Assembly (NCBI RefSeq): GCF_009834535.1
Contig: NC_045697.1
Location: 10,108,001-10,172,000 of the forward strand
DNA length: 64,000 nucleotides
Source: Camelus ferus
Lineage: Eukaryota
Reading direction: 5' to 3'
Shown: piece after piece, positions 14,061 to 26,040 of the stretch
Numbering within the stretch: the stretch's first letter is position 1
How the letters are laid out: every line of letters starts with the position of its first letter
Notes under the pieces: generated by a model
What the model was told of the DNA's origin: nothing
The model's database searches: none
Seen by the model: only the letters and a program-made list of their open reading frames with translations
Position numbers and translations under genes: made by a program

Positions 14061-15546
14061 TTGTTGCAATTGCTGTCTTTAGTGTATGAGGTTACTGAAA
14101 AGGGGCAGTAAAATACAGTGGTTAAGAGTCTAAGATTGTGTGGCCTCAGACAGCAGAATTCTCTCTTGTGCTTCAGTTTCTCCATGTATAAAATAATGGT
14201 AATAGTCACTAGCTTCTAAGGCTGTAAGAAGAGGAAGCAACTGGATGTGTGATACTCTGAGCCCAGTGTCTCGGAGAGGGTCCTGCTTGCTCTCCAGCTT
14301 CCTGACTCTGCAGCCCAGACCTGAGAGTCTGCTCAGCAGTGGTGGCCGATGCCTGGGCACGTAGCCGAATAGTAATGAAGATGTTTTCAACAAGTGTGGG
14401 ATTGAAGCAGACAGAGAAACAGAGAGAACAGTCTTGCGGGTTGAAAGAGAGGAACAACATGCAAAGTCATAGAGCAACAAGAGAGTGAAGTGACGGACCA
14501 GGGAAGGTCAGACTGAAAGCCACGACCAAGACAAAAGTCACCAGTAGGTCCGAGTCAGGGTGGTACTTTGAGGGGAAGGCCAGGAGGACCGGACACATTA
14601 GGGGCAGAAGAGCTAGAAATGGGTTCTACCTCCCTGGTCACATGACTCTTCCCGGCTCGTGTGACTCTGTGAGCAAGGATCCCTAGAAGGCTTTCTAAGA
14701 GTGTCCCACACTTCAAAGACCCCATAGAAGAAGGGCCTTGGGGACTGAGGGCCTCTGGTGCCCTGGAGCTCCATCCATAACATGGGACAACAGTTCTGTC
14801 CCAACACAGAGCTGCCCCTGGTGTCCTACCAGAGCTGTCTACCCAGGGGCACAATGAAACGGCGTCAATCTGAGCAGTAGGTCTCATCACCTGTATCCCA
14901 TCTGCCAAGGTAGGCTGAGCACACGCTACGTGCCCAGCGTGGTACTAGTTCTGTGAAATTACAAGTGAGCAGGGCTTAGCCCCTGGCTGAGGTTGTGTGG
15001 AGAATTTAGGCCAAGAGAGGGTACCATCATCAACATCGCTGTCCTCTCCATCAAACACATCTCTGTGATCGAGCATCAGTGGAGATCAGCTTCACTGACC
15101 CGTATACTGACTTCCAAATTGGAGATTCTTGGTTCTGTCTGTGTTCCGGGGACTAGCAGTGCCTGACTGTTAAGGGGCTTACATTCCCCTGCATTTGTTT
15201 TCATAACGGGATGGGGCAGTATAAATTCACACAGCCTTTTGGAAAGCAGTTTGGCAGCATGTACCAAGAGAGATATAAAACATCCAAATCTTTTGACCCA
15301 GTAATTCCATTTCTGGGAATCTATCCTAAGGAAATAATCCTAAATAAAGATGAATGCTGATATACAAAAATGTTCAATATAATCTCATTTATAATAGGAA
15401 AAAATGGAAACAGCTTAATTGGGGAGAAGGAGATTCAATAAATTATGGTGCAGCTTCTTGGTGGATATTGTTTGGCCATTAATGGTTCCAAAGAACAGAG
15501 GAGAAATGCTTGTGATATAATAACACGTTAAAGAAAAAGCAAGCAG

Positions 15547-16224
15547 ATGATGCAACAATCCCACTTCCGGGTATTTATCCAAAGGAAATGAAAACAGAAT
15601 CTCAAAGAGATCTCTGCACCCCCGTGTTCATTGCAGCATTGTCCACAATAGCCAAGGTATGGACACAACCTAAGTGCCCATCAACGTCCGGACAGGTCAA
15701 GATATATATAGATATACACATATACTGTGTATATAATAAAATATTATTCAGCCATGAAAAAGAAAACCCTGCCATTTGAGACAACATGCATGGAACTTGA
15801 AGGCATGATGCTAAGTGAGATAAGTCAGACAAAGAAAAACAAATGCTGTGTGATAGCACTTATATGTGGGAACTAAAAAAGCTGAATCATAAAAACAGAG
15901 TAAAACCGTGATTACCAGGGGCTGGGGGTTGAAGGGACAGGAGAGATGTTGCTTAAAGGTACAAGCCTGCAACCAGTGGACAAATAAGTCCTGAAACCCT
16001 AATGCACAGTATGGTGAATAGAGACGACAATATTGTAACATAATCAGCAAACTTGCTAAGAGAACAGATGTTAATTACTCCTGCCACAAAAAAAAGAAAT
16101 GACTTATGTAACATAACAGAGTGGCAAGCATATTACAATATATAAATATATCAAATCAACATGTTACACACCTTAAATTTACCCATGTTATGTGTCAAAT
16201 ATATTTCAATTTGAGAAAAGAAAG
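15547..16224 (+). mobile_element. L1MA-type 3' end nested in an older L1M fragment (about 15200-16430)
   Basis: L1 ORF2 tail peptide in the track at 15588-15779; TSD aaagaaaaagcaa(g/a)cag at 15530-15546 and 16225-16241. Confidence 0.85.
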
Positions 16225-16559
16225 AAAGAAAAAGCAAACAGCAACAGTATATGGGCAATATTACAAATCTCTGAATAAAAAATCTATATACACACACATA
16301 AAAACCAAACAAAAAAAAATAGAAAGAAAAAATAAACCAAGCAGTAATAGTAGTTACCTAAGAGAAAGAAATGCAACTTTTTTCTTTTGTTTTTCTACCT
16401 TTTCCTTCTCGACAAATTTTCTTTCATAAAATAAAACATAAATAATTCCATATGACAATTACAGTCAGCATATAGAGCATCAAAATAAAATTTTAGGTTA
16501 AAAAATAGTACATGTATTTTGATGAAAAAAGTTGTAAACTATGAATAGGAAAAAAATAC

Positions 16560-16770
16560 CAGATACAAACTACTATACATAAAACAGATAAACACCAAGG
16601 TCCTACTGTACAGCACAAGGAACTACATTCAATATCTTGTAATAACCTATAATGAAAAAGAATCTGAAAAGGAATATATACACATAACTGAATCAGTGTG
16701 CTGTAAGCCAGAAATTAACACAACATCGTAAATCAACTATACTTCAATAAAAAAATTAAATATAAAAAGG
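16560..16770 (+). mobile_element. Short L1 3' end
   Basis: agatacaaactactatacataaaacagataaac...aatcaactatacttcaataaaaaa, the same family as the reverse-strand copies at 8920 and 11845. Confidence 0.8.
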
Positions 16771-16777
16771 AAGGAAA

Positions 16778-16778
<1 letters not shown>

Positions 16779-16814
<36 letters not shown>
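16779..16814. repeat. (CA)18 microsatellite
   Basis: Direct count. Confidence 0.97.
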
Positions 16815-16815
<1 letters not shown>

Positions 16816-18039
16816 CCAAACAAAAAGCAAACAAAACAAACCTGTTACTGGTTCTGACAGAATGGTTGTCGGTGCTTGGGTGGCTTTCTGATCTCTCCTC
16901 CCCAAGGATGCTCTCTGCCACGGCCCTTCAGGCTTGCCCTCCTCCAGTCCTCCTGACATGGAAACCCAAGAGAGCTTTTTAAAGTGTACATGTGGTTTGT
17001 CATTCCCAGTCTTACCCTTCACCTGCTTCTTGCTGCCCTTCAGATTAAGTCCAAGATCACAGCCGACTTTCAACTTCCCTCTAATCAGCCTCTGCCCGCA
17101 GCCCTCGCCCTCATCTCTCAGCCTCCCTCCTCACATTCTTCCGCCCCGGCCTCCTCATCGGCCTTCTGTCCCTTTCCCCCAGGTATCCTGTTCTCCCTCA
17201 ACGCCGGGCTTGTACTCAGACCATTAGCTCTGCCTGGAAAACCTACTGTACCCCACCCTCACGCCTGTCTTCCAGGATACCTCTCAGTCCCCCTTCACGT
17301 CTCAAGAAATTGCTTACAAGTCATTTCAGGGAGAGTTTCTCTATCTAGAGCCCAAAAGGAGTGTCACCAAGACATGCATTTTCTAGCTCAGCAAGAAGGT
17401 AAATTCTAAACATTATTTGAAAAAAAAAGAAAAAACAAAAAAAGGAACGTCCCTGACTTAGAGTTGCTTCTCCAACCACCAAGAGAAACCAGTATTTCTC
17501 GAGTAGCACAAATGTTGGCCCATGAGAAGCATTACTTCATGAATCTTTCTTAGTCTGAGCATCGTTAAACTTTCAATTCACAGAAGAGAAAACTGAGGGT
17601 CAGAGAGGTTGTGCAAATTGCCCAAGGTCACATGGCAGGGCAATGAAGACCCTGACCTTCAAAGCCAGAGACCGTCTTCTGCCCACTGCCACCAGGCAAT
17701 GTCAGTGGGAAGGAGAAGATGTGGAGACCCCTGCTAATTTGGACTTTGGTAACATTTCACTGCTTTTGTCTTTTTTTTTTTTTTTTTTTTGCCAAAACCA
17801 CTGTGCTCAGCTTTATTCCCAAGCACACAATGCATCACTGTTGGATTTCTAGTTCTCCCTCTACAGGGTTGGAGTCGGTGAGAACACCATTCTGGCTGGA
17901 AGCGGATGTGTGCAGGGGGCACCACCTGCTGCTAAACCTTTGCCTTTGTTGGGTCTGTTGTAGCCCTTGACTCGGACCCTGGCTCACGTCCACCATTCCT
18001 GCTCCCAGAATGCCTCTCATGTTTGCAGCAAGAAGCAGA

Positions 18040-18205
18040 GAACAAGATGTTAAATATAGTTCCCTGTGCTATACAGAAGAAATTTGTTTTTAATCTATTT
18101 TTATATATACTGGCTATCATTTGCAAATCTCAAACTCCTAAATGTATCCTTTCCCATCCTCTTTCTCCAGTAACCATAAGATTGTTTACTATGTCTGTGC
18201 GTCTT
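18040..18205 (-). mobile_element. Internal fragment of an L1 3' UTR
   Basis: aatatagttccctgtgctatacag...ccagtaaccataag...tatgtctgtg resembles the other L1 3' ends in the window; no poly(A/T) tail is visible. Confidence 0.7.
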
Positions 18206-18753
18206 AAATATTCATTTAGCAAATGCTCATTGTCTGGGCTCACTTTAACAGTAGACTAGTGGTTGGACTTGAAGGCAAAAAGCTATGAGGGAGGGGAGGG
18301 CAGTTAAGAGGCTGTTACAAGAGGTCATGTGAGACATCGAGTCCCAAGTGCAGGTGGTGCTGTAGGAAACACACCCATCATGGTTGCTGTTGATACACAC
18401 CCGTTGTGGTTGCGTCCAGAACCCCGTCAGCACTGAAGCTACTTTTCTTGCTCTTATCTTGGCATCTGGTTAGAATTAGTCAGTAAATCAACCAGCATAT
18501 ATTGAGCATTTCTGGGTTTTAGGCCTTGGCTCTATATGGGCGGCACAAAGATGAGTAAGACAGGGTTCGTGCCCCAGAGGCGCACATTGTGAGGTGCACG
18601 TCCTTGCCCCTGAGTTCATATCGAGTGTAACTTGGGTCAGAAGCCTGGCTTAAAGGCAGGAGTTGACTTTCCCACATTTGTTGGGGATCTTAATAAACAG
18701 TACCTCTGTTCCCTACCAGAGGTGTATGCAAACTGAGAAATAGAACAAAGCAC

Positions 18754-19294
18754 TGTTGGCATCCACATTGTGGCAATAAATGGACACCAACTGACTGGGA
18801 ACAAGAAAAGGCTACTGATTCAGAGCTTGCTATGCAAGGGGGTCAGCCACCAACACCTGCCTCTCGGCAGAGATTCAGAGACAGGTGGAGGAGTGGGAAA
18901 GCTTCGTAGTGGGAAACGCAGGAGGCTTCAGGTTCGCCCTGATTGGAAGGAATTGTCGTAAGGAAGCTGTAGGTGGGCTGACTAGAGGGGGGCACCGTAG
19001 GTGACTGGTTGGGAGGCATATTTGGTTCTCTCTGCTTGACCTTAAGTGGAGACAAAAACTAGGGAAGCTGTCCATGATTCATCAAGTCCTGGCTCTTTGG
19101 GGTTATTGTTTGGCTTCCTGAATTGTTACTAGAGACAACAGCCTGACTCCCCGCACATCCAGCTTATAACGGGCTGGCTTCCTTGGCTGTCATGGTAGGT
19201 ACGAGAGCTGATTTCCTGGGCAGGCTGCTTCAGGTGATGGGTCAAAGCCTATCGTAAATATGGCCTGGCCGTTGTCTTTATACTCAATCTCACA
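18754..19294 (-). mobile_element. Probable ERV LTR remnant (family not determined)
   Basis: About 540-bp TG...CA-bounded block with repeated gattgg/ctggtt and ggcttcct motifs; no TSD found. Confidence 0.45.
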
Positions 19295-19299
19295 ATAGG

Positions 19300-20405
19300 C
19301 AAAGAAATAAAACTCGACCCTTACCTCACTCCATATAAAAAAAAATTAAAAGAGGTCATACGCCTAAAAGTAAAATCTAAAACTATAAAATGTCTAGGGG
19401 AAAATACCTGTGACCTTGAGTTTGGCAAAGTTGTCTTAAATAGGATGTAAAACCACTAACTATAAAAGAAAGAGTTAATAAATTGTACTTCATCAAAATT
19501 AAATGCTCCTCTTCAAAAGATGTAGTTAATAAAATAAAAAGTCAAGTCACAAACTGGAGAAACTATTTGTAAAACACACATCTCATTTATATCTAGATGA
19601 TATAAATTCTTACGACCAATAATAAGCAGATAAACAGCCAGAAATGAACGAGTATTTGAACTGATTCTTCAACAAGGAAGATATACAGGTGGCAAGTAAG
19701 TACATGAAGAGATGCTCGACATCATTAGGGAGATGCAAGTTAAAACCACAGTTCAACACTACCACACCCCGAGGAGAACGGCTGACGTGTGAAAGCAAAC
19801 CCAGTCATACCAAGCCCTGGCAAGGATGGGGAGCAACTAGAACTTCCATCCATTGCTGCTAAAAATGCAAAACGGAAGTTAACATATTCACCAATAATCT
19901 GTCTCCTAGGTGTTCTCCCAAGAGAAACGGAAACATATGTCCACATAAAGACCTGTGCATGAATGTTGATGACAGCTTGAATTCAGAATTGCCAAACACT
20001 GGGAATAAGCCTGATGTCCGTCCGCTGGTACCTGGACAAGCAAACCGTGGTACACCTACACACAGTGGAAGGCTGCTCAACAGGGAGAGAAACATGAGTG
20101 ACTCTCAAAACTTATGCTCAGTGAAAGAAGACTAGCTCAAAGCCCACATGTTGTATGAGTCCATTTATATGATATTCTGGAAAAGGCAAAATTATAGTGA
20201 CAGAAATAAGCTCAGTGGCTGATAGTGGCTGCAATGGGGAGAATTTTTACGATGAAGGGGCATGTGGAAACATTTTGGAAGGAATGGAGATGCTCTGTCT
20301 CAATTCTGTGATGGGTACACAACTGTGTATGTTGGTCAAACTCAGTAGACAGTACACATAAAAGGACTGAATTTTACTCTTTGTAAAATACACCTTTTTC
20401 GAAAA
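19300..20405 (+). mobile_element. Old L1M (ORF2 3' part plus 3' UTR)
   Basis: Motifs ccttacctcactccatat, atgcaagttaaaaccaca and ccatttatatgatattctggaaaaggcaaa. Confidence 0.8.
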
Positions 20406-21019
20406 AGAATATTGCTTTGGTGTTATGGTAGAGGAGTTTCTTAATCCAGATATCCTGAAATTGGGCAGATTTTCATCCCTGGTTAGCTGAGCAGAACACG
20501 CCTATTTGCTCTTCACAAATGTTCCAAATTCATCCATCCCACCTTCCCTGGGGTAGAATAAATAAAGAGGTGGGATGCTTCGGGAAAATCTCTCCTCCTG
20601 AAGACCAGAGGAGCAGAGAAAAGGCACTCTCATCATTCCCTGTCCCTTCAGTGCTCAACTTTGAGGTAACACATTTCAATTGACACGCCCCATTCTCATC
20701 GCTAATGAGTGTTTGAATGTCATGAAGATGGACTCGTAAGCCAAAATTTGAAATAGTCTTTGGATTTTATGCACATGGATAAGCTGATCACTTGTGAAGG
20801 TGAGGATCTTGGAGTCCAGCTCTGCCCATCTGTCCCTAACCTCAGCCACCTCACTTGTCATGCGGAAATCATAGCAGCTACCTCATGTGCTCTTGGCAAA
20901 GAATAAACAAGAAATGCATAGAAAGCACTTAGGACAGTGCCTTGCCATCCATCATACACATTTAATAATTGGTAACTAATTTTTATTTTCTATTATCCAA
21001 AGATATACTGTCTCAGAAA

Positions 21020-21600
21020 CAATCAAGTGTCCATCAGTGGGTGAATGGATAAAGAAAATATGGTGCATATATACATATATACAGTGAAGTATTACTTGGC
21101 CATAAAAAAGCCAAAGGAAATCCTACCATTTACAGTAACACGGATGGACCTTGAGCGTGTTATGCTAAATGAAAATCAGACAAAGAAAGACAAATACTAC
21201 ATGATCTCACTTTTATATGGAATGAAAAACAAACTCATAGATACAGAGATCAGATTGATGGTTGCCAGAGGCAGGGATGGGAGGTGGGTGAAATGGGTAA
21301 AAGTGGTCAGAAAGCACAAACTTCCAGCTGTGTGATTAATAAGTCCCAGGATGTAAGGTACAGCATGGCGACTCTAGTTAATAACACCGTATTGTATATT
21401 TGAAACGTTGCTAAGAGGATAAATCTTAAAAGTTGTTATTACAAGGAAAAAACCCAATCTGCAACTGTGTAAGGTACTAAGTGTTAACTAGACTCATCGT
21501 GGTGACCATTTTTCAATATACGCATATATGGAACCACTGTTTTGTACACCTGGAACTAACAGAATGTTCTATGTGAATTATACATCAAGTAAGAAAAGGA
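21020..21600 (+). mobile_element. L1MA-type 3' end
   Basis: aagtgtccatcagtgggtgaatggataaagaaaat...tacagcatggcgactctagttaataacacc. Confidence 0.82.
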
Positions 21601-24600
21601 ACAGACACACCAAAAATTAAAAACCAAAAAAGCAAAATCTCTCATAGGCTAACCACTTCTCAGGAAAACGTGCAAATTGAAGTCAGCGCTACAGGAAGCA
21701 GAGAGGAGGTGGAGCAAAGAGGCGGACGTCTGGGCCTGGGGTCTGCGTTGCAGGTTAGGTTTTCCTGCTGCCTCTCTGTTCCTCTGCACCGCAGTGGGGA
21801 AGGAGGCTGAGGCGCCCAGCCTCGCTGAGATCCGCCCCAGGGCAGACCGCCTCCACTTGGTACCTGCTAACCCTTAAGGTCCCAAGACAACTCAGATCAC
21901 CCTACAAACTTTCTCACCCCAAGATTCCAGGATTACCTGACATTTTAAAGAGGATGCCAGTTCTGTCATGTTTCCTAAATGATCTTAGGACAGCATGACA
22001 GGTTCTGTTAGCAAAACCCCAAAACCAAAGCCCAGTCAGCAGCATCACTCATCCTCCATGTGTGGCGGGACTGAGGGCCCATTCTCTCCCGGAACACATG
22101 GGCCCACAGACAGGCCTTTAACGAGCCTCAGGGTTTCTTGGAATTTCTGTAACAAGCCATTGGAGAGCATCCCAAGAACTCCGAAAAACTCACTGAAAAA
22201 GCTTGACAACCGCATAAAATTACGTTTCGGAACTCTGAGCGCACAGTATAGCAGTTGGTGAGCAAAGTGCTTTTAAGACATTTTTGACTTCTCTAAAGGA
22301 CGCCCATTTGGGGTTTTAAAAGTCCCAAGGGCCACTGAAGCTGCGTGGTGTCAGTCACTGTGCTGTTTAGTATCCAGGGTGATAAAAAGTCCTAGGTTTT
22401 CCTGAAATAGTTATGTAATAGATGATATGATGTGTGGAATTAGCTTTAAAACCTACCGACTGCAGGGGCCGGGGAAAGTGAGGATATGCGAGCAGGGGTG
22501 TTGTTGAAACGGTGTTCCGCTCAGGTAACTGTGGAGCAGCTCATTGTCCATTTGACCTCTCCTGTTGTGTATGTTTAAAGTCTAAAGTTTTCCTGTAATT
22601 TTTAAGAACTTTCTTAAAATATAAGAATGGATGTTCAGGGCAGAAAGGCGAGAATCAAGGACAATGATACGGGATAATACAATCATATTAATTCTTAGTT
22701 ATCCACAATAATGGAGATTTATGTTCATAAAAAAAAAATACTGCAGTGTCTTCCCCACATGAAGTCAAGAATCAGGTCATGGTGACAGGCGATGCTACAC
22801 AGAGGAGATAATCTTGGAAATGATCTGGGGAACCCGAGTCCTACTTCTGGTCTTACATATAAACAAGACATTTGGAAGTGTCACTTTTCACTGAACCCGT
22901 TTTCTCAGCTATAAAATGGGAAAGTCAGGCAGGTGCCCTCAGAGACCCCTTCCTTCCCTAAAGACACGAAATTCCCTCTAGAACATGAGCTCCACGTGCC
23001 TTAGACCCCTGCCTTCCTCTTTCAACTCCCTCTCTCCTGGTCCTGGGGCAGCACCCAGCGCACGGTAGGGGTCAGTGACACTTCATTCAGTGCGTGCGTG
23101 AACCACCTTTTCTGAAATATGCAAAAGACTTTTCTCACAAGAACTTACATCTTTCTCAACAATGAAAGCAGATTCAGTTCATAAACCAAACGGATTCTGT
23201 ATAGCTTGTTGACGTCACCTTGAAAAGCCAGGAAAGTGGCAACAAGCATCACCTCTACTTGTATCAACTTAATTATTGCAATCAACTGGGCTCAAGGGAG
23301 AGTTGACAGCCTGACTCGTAAAACTCTGCCCACATCCCTTCATGATGAAGCCCAGAAACTTCCATGGCCAGCAGCACCCTGTCTGTTCCAGGCACATCCT
23401 CCTTCTAGGCTTATGCTCTCCTTTGTGCCTGAATTTCAATGACCTTCTTTCAAAATCATCCTCTTCTACCTTGGGGCCTTTGCACATTTCACTCCCTCAG
23501 CCTCAAAGTGTTTTCCAATTTTTCTTCTTGGTTAATTCTTCTCCCCTTTTATATTTCAGGTCAGATGCCATTTCTTCAGACAGCCCTAGGTCTCAATGAG
23601 GTGGCTCTGCTAAACTCTCCCATAATACCCTTTACTTTCCCTTCAGAACACTCTCCAGCATTTACCAAATTTATCAAATGATCTTCTCTGTCCTTAGTAT
23701 GATACAGATTAGAAACCATTTCATTCTCCTCCCACCACTTCTTCCAGTCACATTCTGTTGGATCTTTCCCCTGCCCTTTTGTGACAACTCAGGCAAATTC
23801 CTCAGCTTCTTGTCACTTTCGTTTACATGAACAATCTCATTAATCAACTGTGACTCATTTTCAGATATTAAAAAGACAAATCTAAATCAACACTTCAATA
23901 TCATACCCAATCCAAAGCTTGTCCTTCCCAAGTCTTCGGCTCAGAGTAGGTTATTATGCTCTCTCATCTTCCCCCGTGTCCTAGCTCTTCTGCCACTTTG
24001 GGCATGTCTCAAGTCAGATCAGAAGATAGGAAAATTAGAAAAAGGTGAGTCAAGTACTTTTCCTTAATCGGTGCTACTTGTGCGGTTCTTTCCTGGCTGC
24101 CAATACTTGCTGTACATCCTAGGTATTCAAACGCTGGCTCTTTCTGGTAGAACGCATTCCTGGGGCCATTAGAGGCTTTCTGAGGGACTTCTACACTATA
24201 CAGGTTCTTGATATGGGTGATAAACTCCTTGAGTGATACCATGCATGGCCCCTACACCAGCCTCAGCTTCTGTACTCAGTGACATATTCAGTGGCTTCTG
24301 ACTGGCTTTCTCACCCTAGGAGACTCTCCTGGCTGAAGAGGTCCCACTTAAATGGCCGAGTCCCAGCTGCCACCCTCAGTACCATCTGCCTCTTGGGAAA
24401 TTCATACATCCTTGCCTCTCCAACTGCCACTTCTACACTGCTCTCTCTTCTCCTGACAGCCTCCTGCCTTCAGAATTCCCTAGTTTCTATGATCACATAA
24501 GACATCAAACTTTAGGGATGAGTCAAGCGCCCCCGCATTTCTCTGATCCCAAGAGAGCTGCAAGGCTCTCAGTTTCATGACTCAGTTAACATCCAACTGG

Positions 24601-25862
24601 AGAGCAAGATGGTTTCTTTCTTGCAGGAACCTCTTGCTACTATCAGTGATCTCTCAGGGTCCTCGCCACCAGGCTGGGGGCGGGTTGTAGGAGAGAGGGG
24701 CGAGGTCCTCAGCACTCCTTCATCAGCTAATTGCTCTCTACCTTGATGGCTTTCTCCAATCATTAATCCTTTTTGAACTTCTTATTTTCTCTTATATGGA
24801 TAAAAGTGGACAATGGCCAGTATCAGAACCAGCTGGTTTTTAGCAAGTCTTAAATGGATGTGTGGGCACTGATTGCCCATTAGTCTGTGCTCTGAGTCCT
24901 CAATTGAAACTGCAAGCTGATGGAAAGTCCCAATTAACATTCTGTTAAACATAGTTTTGTGATCATTTGATGAGTGTGTCTTCCCCACTAGACTTTCTCT
25001 CTCTAAGGACTCCGTATTTGCTCTCCATTGAATCACGCATTCAGTATCTGGCACATAGCAGGAGCTCAACACGTATGTGATGAGATGATGACTAAAAGAA
25101 CAGGAGGAAAGAGTGAGAAGACCAGATCAGATTTCTATCACTGAAACTCCCTGGTTTGGAAGGACTAACCGAGGAGGCATCATCTGAGCAAAAGCAGACG
25201 TGGCAAAGATCCCCAGTGCCTGGCTGCCTATCAGAACTACCCATAGAGCTTTTGAAAAATATAAACATGTAGAGCTAACCCGCTGGCATGCTGATTCAAT
25301 AGACCTAGTTAAGAATGCATGAGCTAAGGTGCATAAGAGAGATCCCATAACGTGCTGGGAGGGGTCGTGGGATGGCAAGGCTGTACCTGCTGAGTGTCAG
25401 GGAGACTTCCTGGAGAAAGCGACGCATTAGGAGGACAAAAGTGAGCAGATGAAGAAAGGGGCACGGGAAAGACACGGCTGGCTTGGACCTGCAGGCCAGA
25501 GGAGATGATAAAAGCAGAGCACTGAGGCTAGGGAGAAATTAGATTCCTGCCCTGCCCCAGTGGTCTGGGGAAGAGGAGGCGGAGTCAGGGGAGCAGTCCA
25601 CCTGCCTGCCAGCCTTTTAGATGCAGAAACCCGGTCTCGTAAAGTTAGCAACATCCTAGGGGTTAAGTGGGCCAGCTGCAGATCAGACTGCCCAGATTCC
25701 TCACCTACAGAAGGAGGCCATAAAACTACTCACCTCAAGAGGTGAGCATTAAAGGAGAAAGTGATGTAATATCTCAGCTCGTAAGTGCACACGATGTATC
25801 AGCTAGAACCTTCTTTTTTTTTAAAATAATTTTAGTGTCTGGAATAGGCTTATATATGTTCC

Positions 25863-26040
25863 CAGTGATGTGCTGAGTCAGCTTAGACTGGCTAACAAGG
25901 GCCAAATCCACACAGCTTTGCATTCAGTGAGGATCAGGTTGTGAGTTTGAAATTGGCCGTGGTGGGAGTCTCCACACCAAGGAAACTGATGAAGCTACAA
26001 ATCCCAACCTTTCTCTCAAGAGCTGGTTTACCAGCAGGCT
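25863..26040. mobile_element. hAT DNA transposon remnant (MER63-like)
   Basis: Terminal cagtgatgtgctg and tttaccagca...ctg resemble MER63 terminal inverted repeats; identified by eye. Confidence 0.5.
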
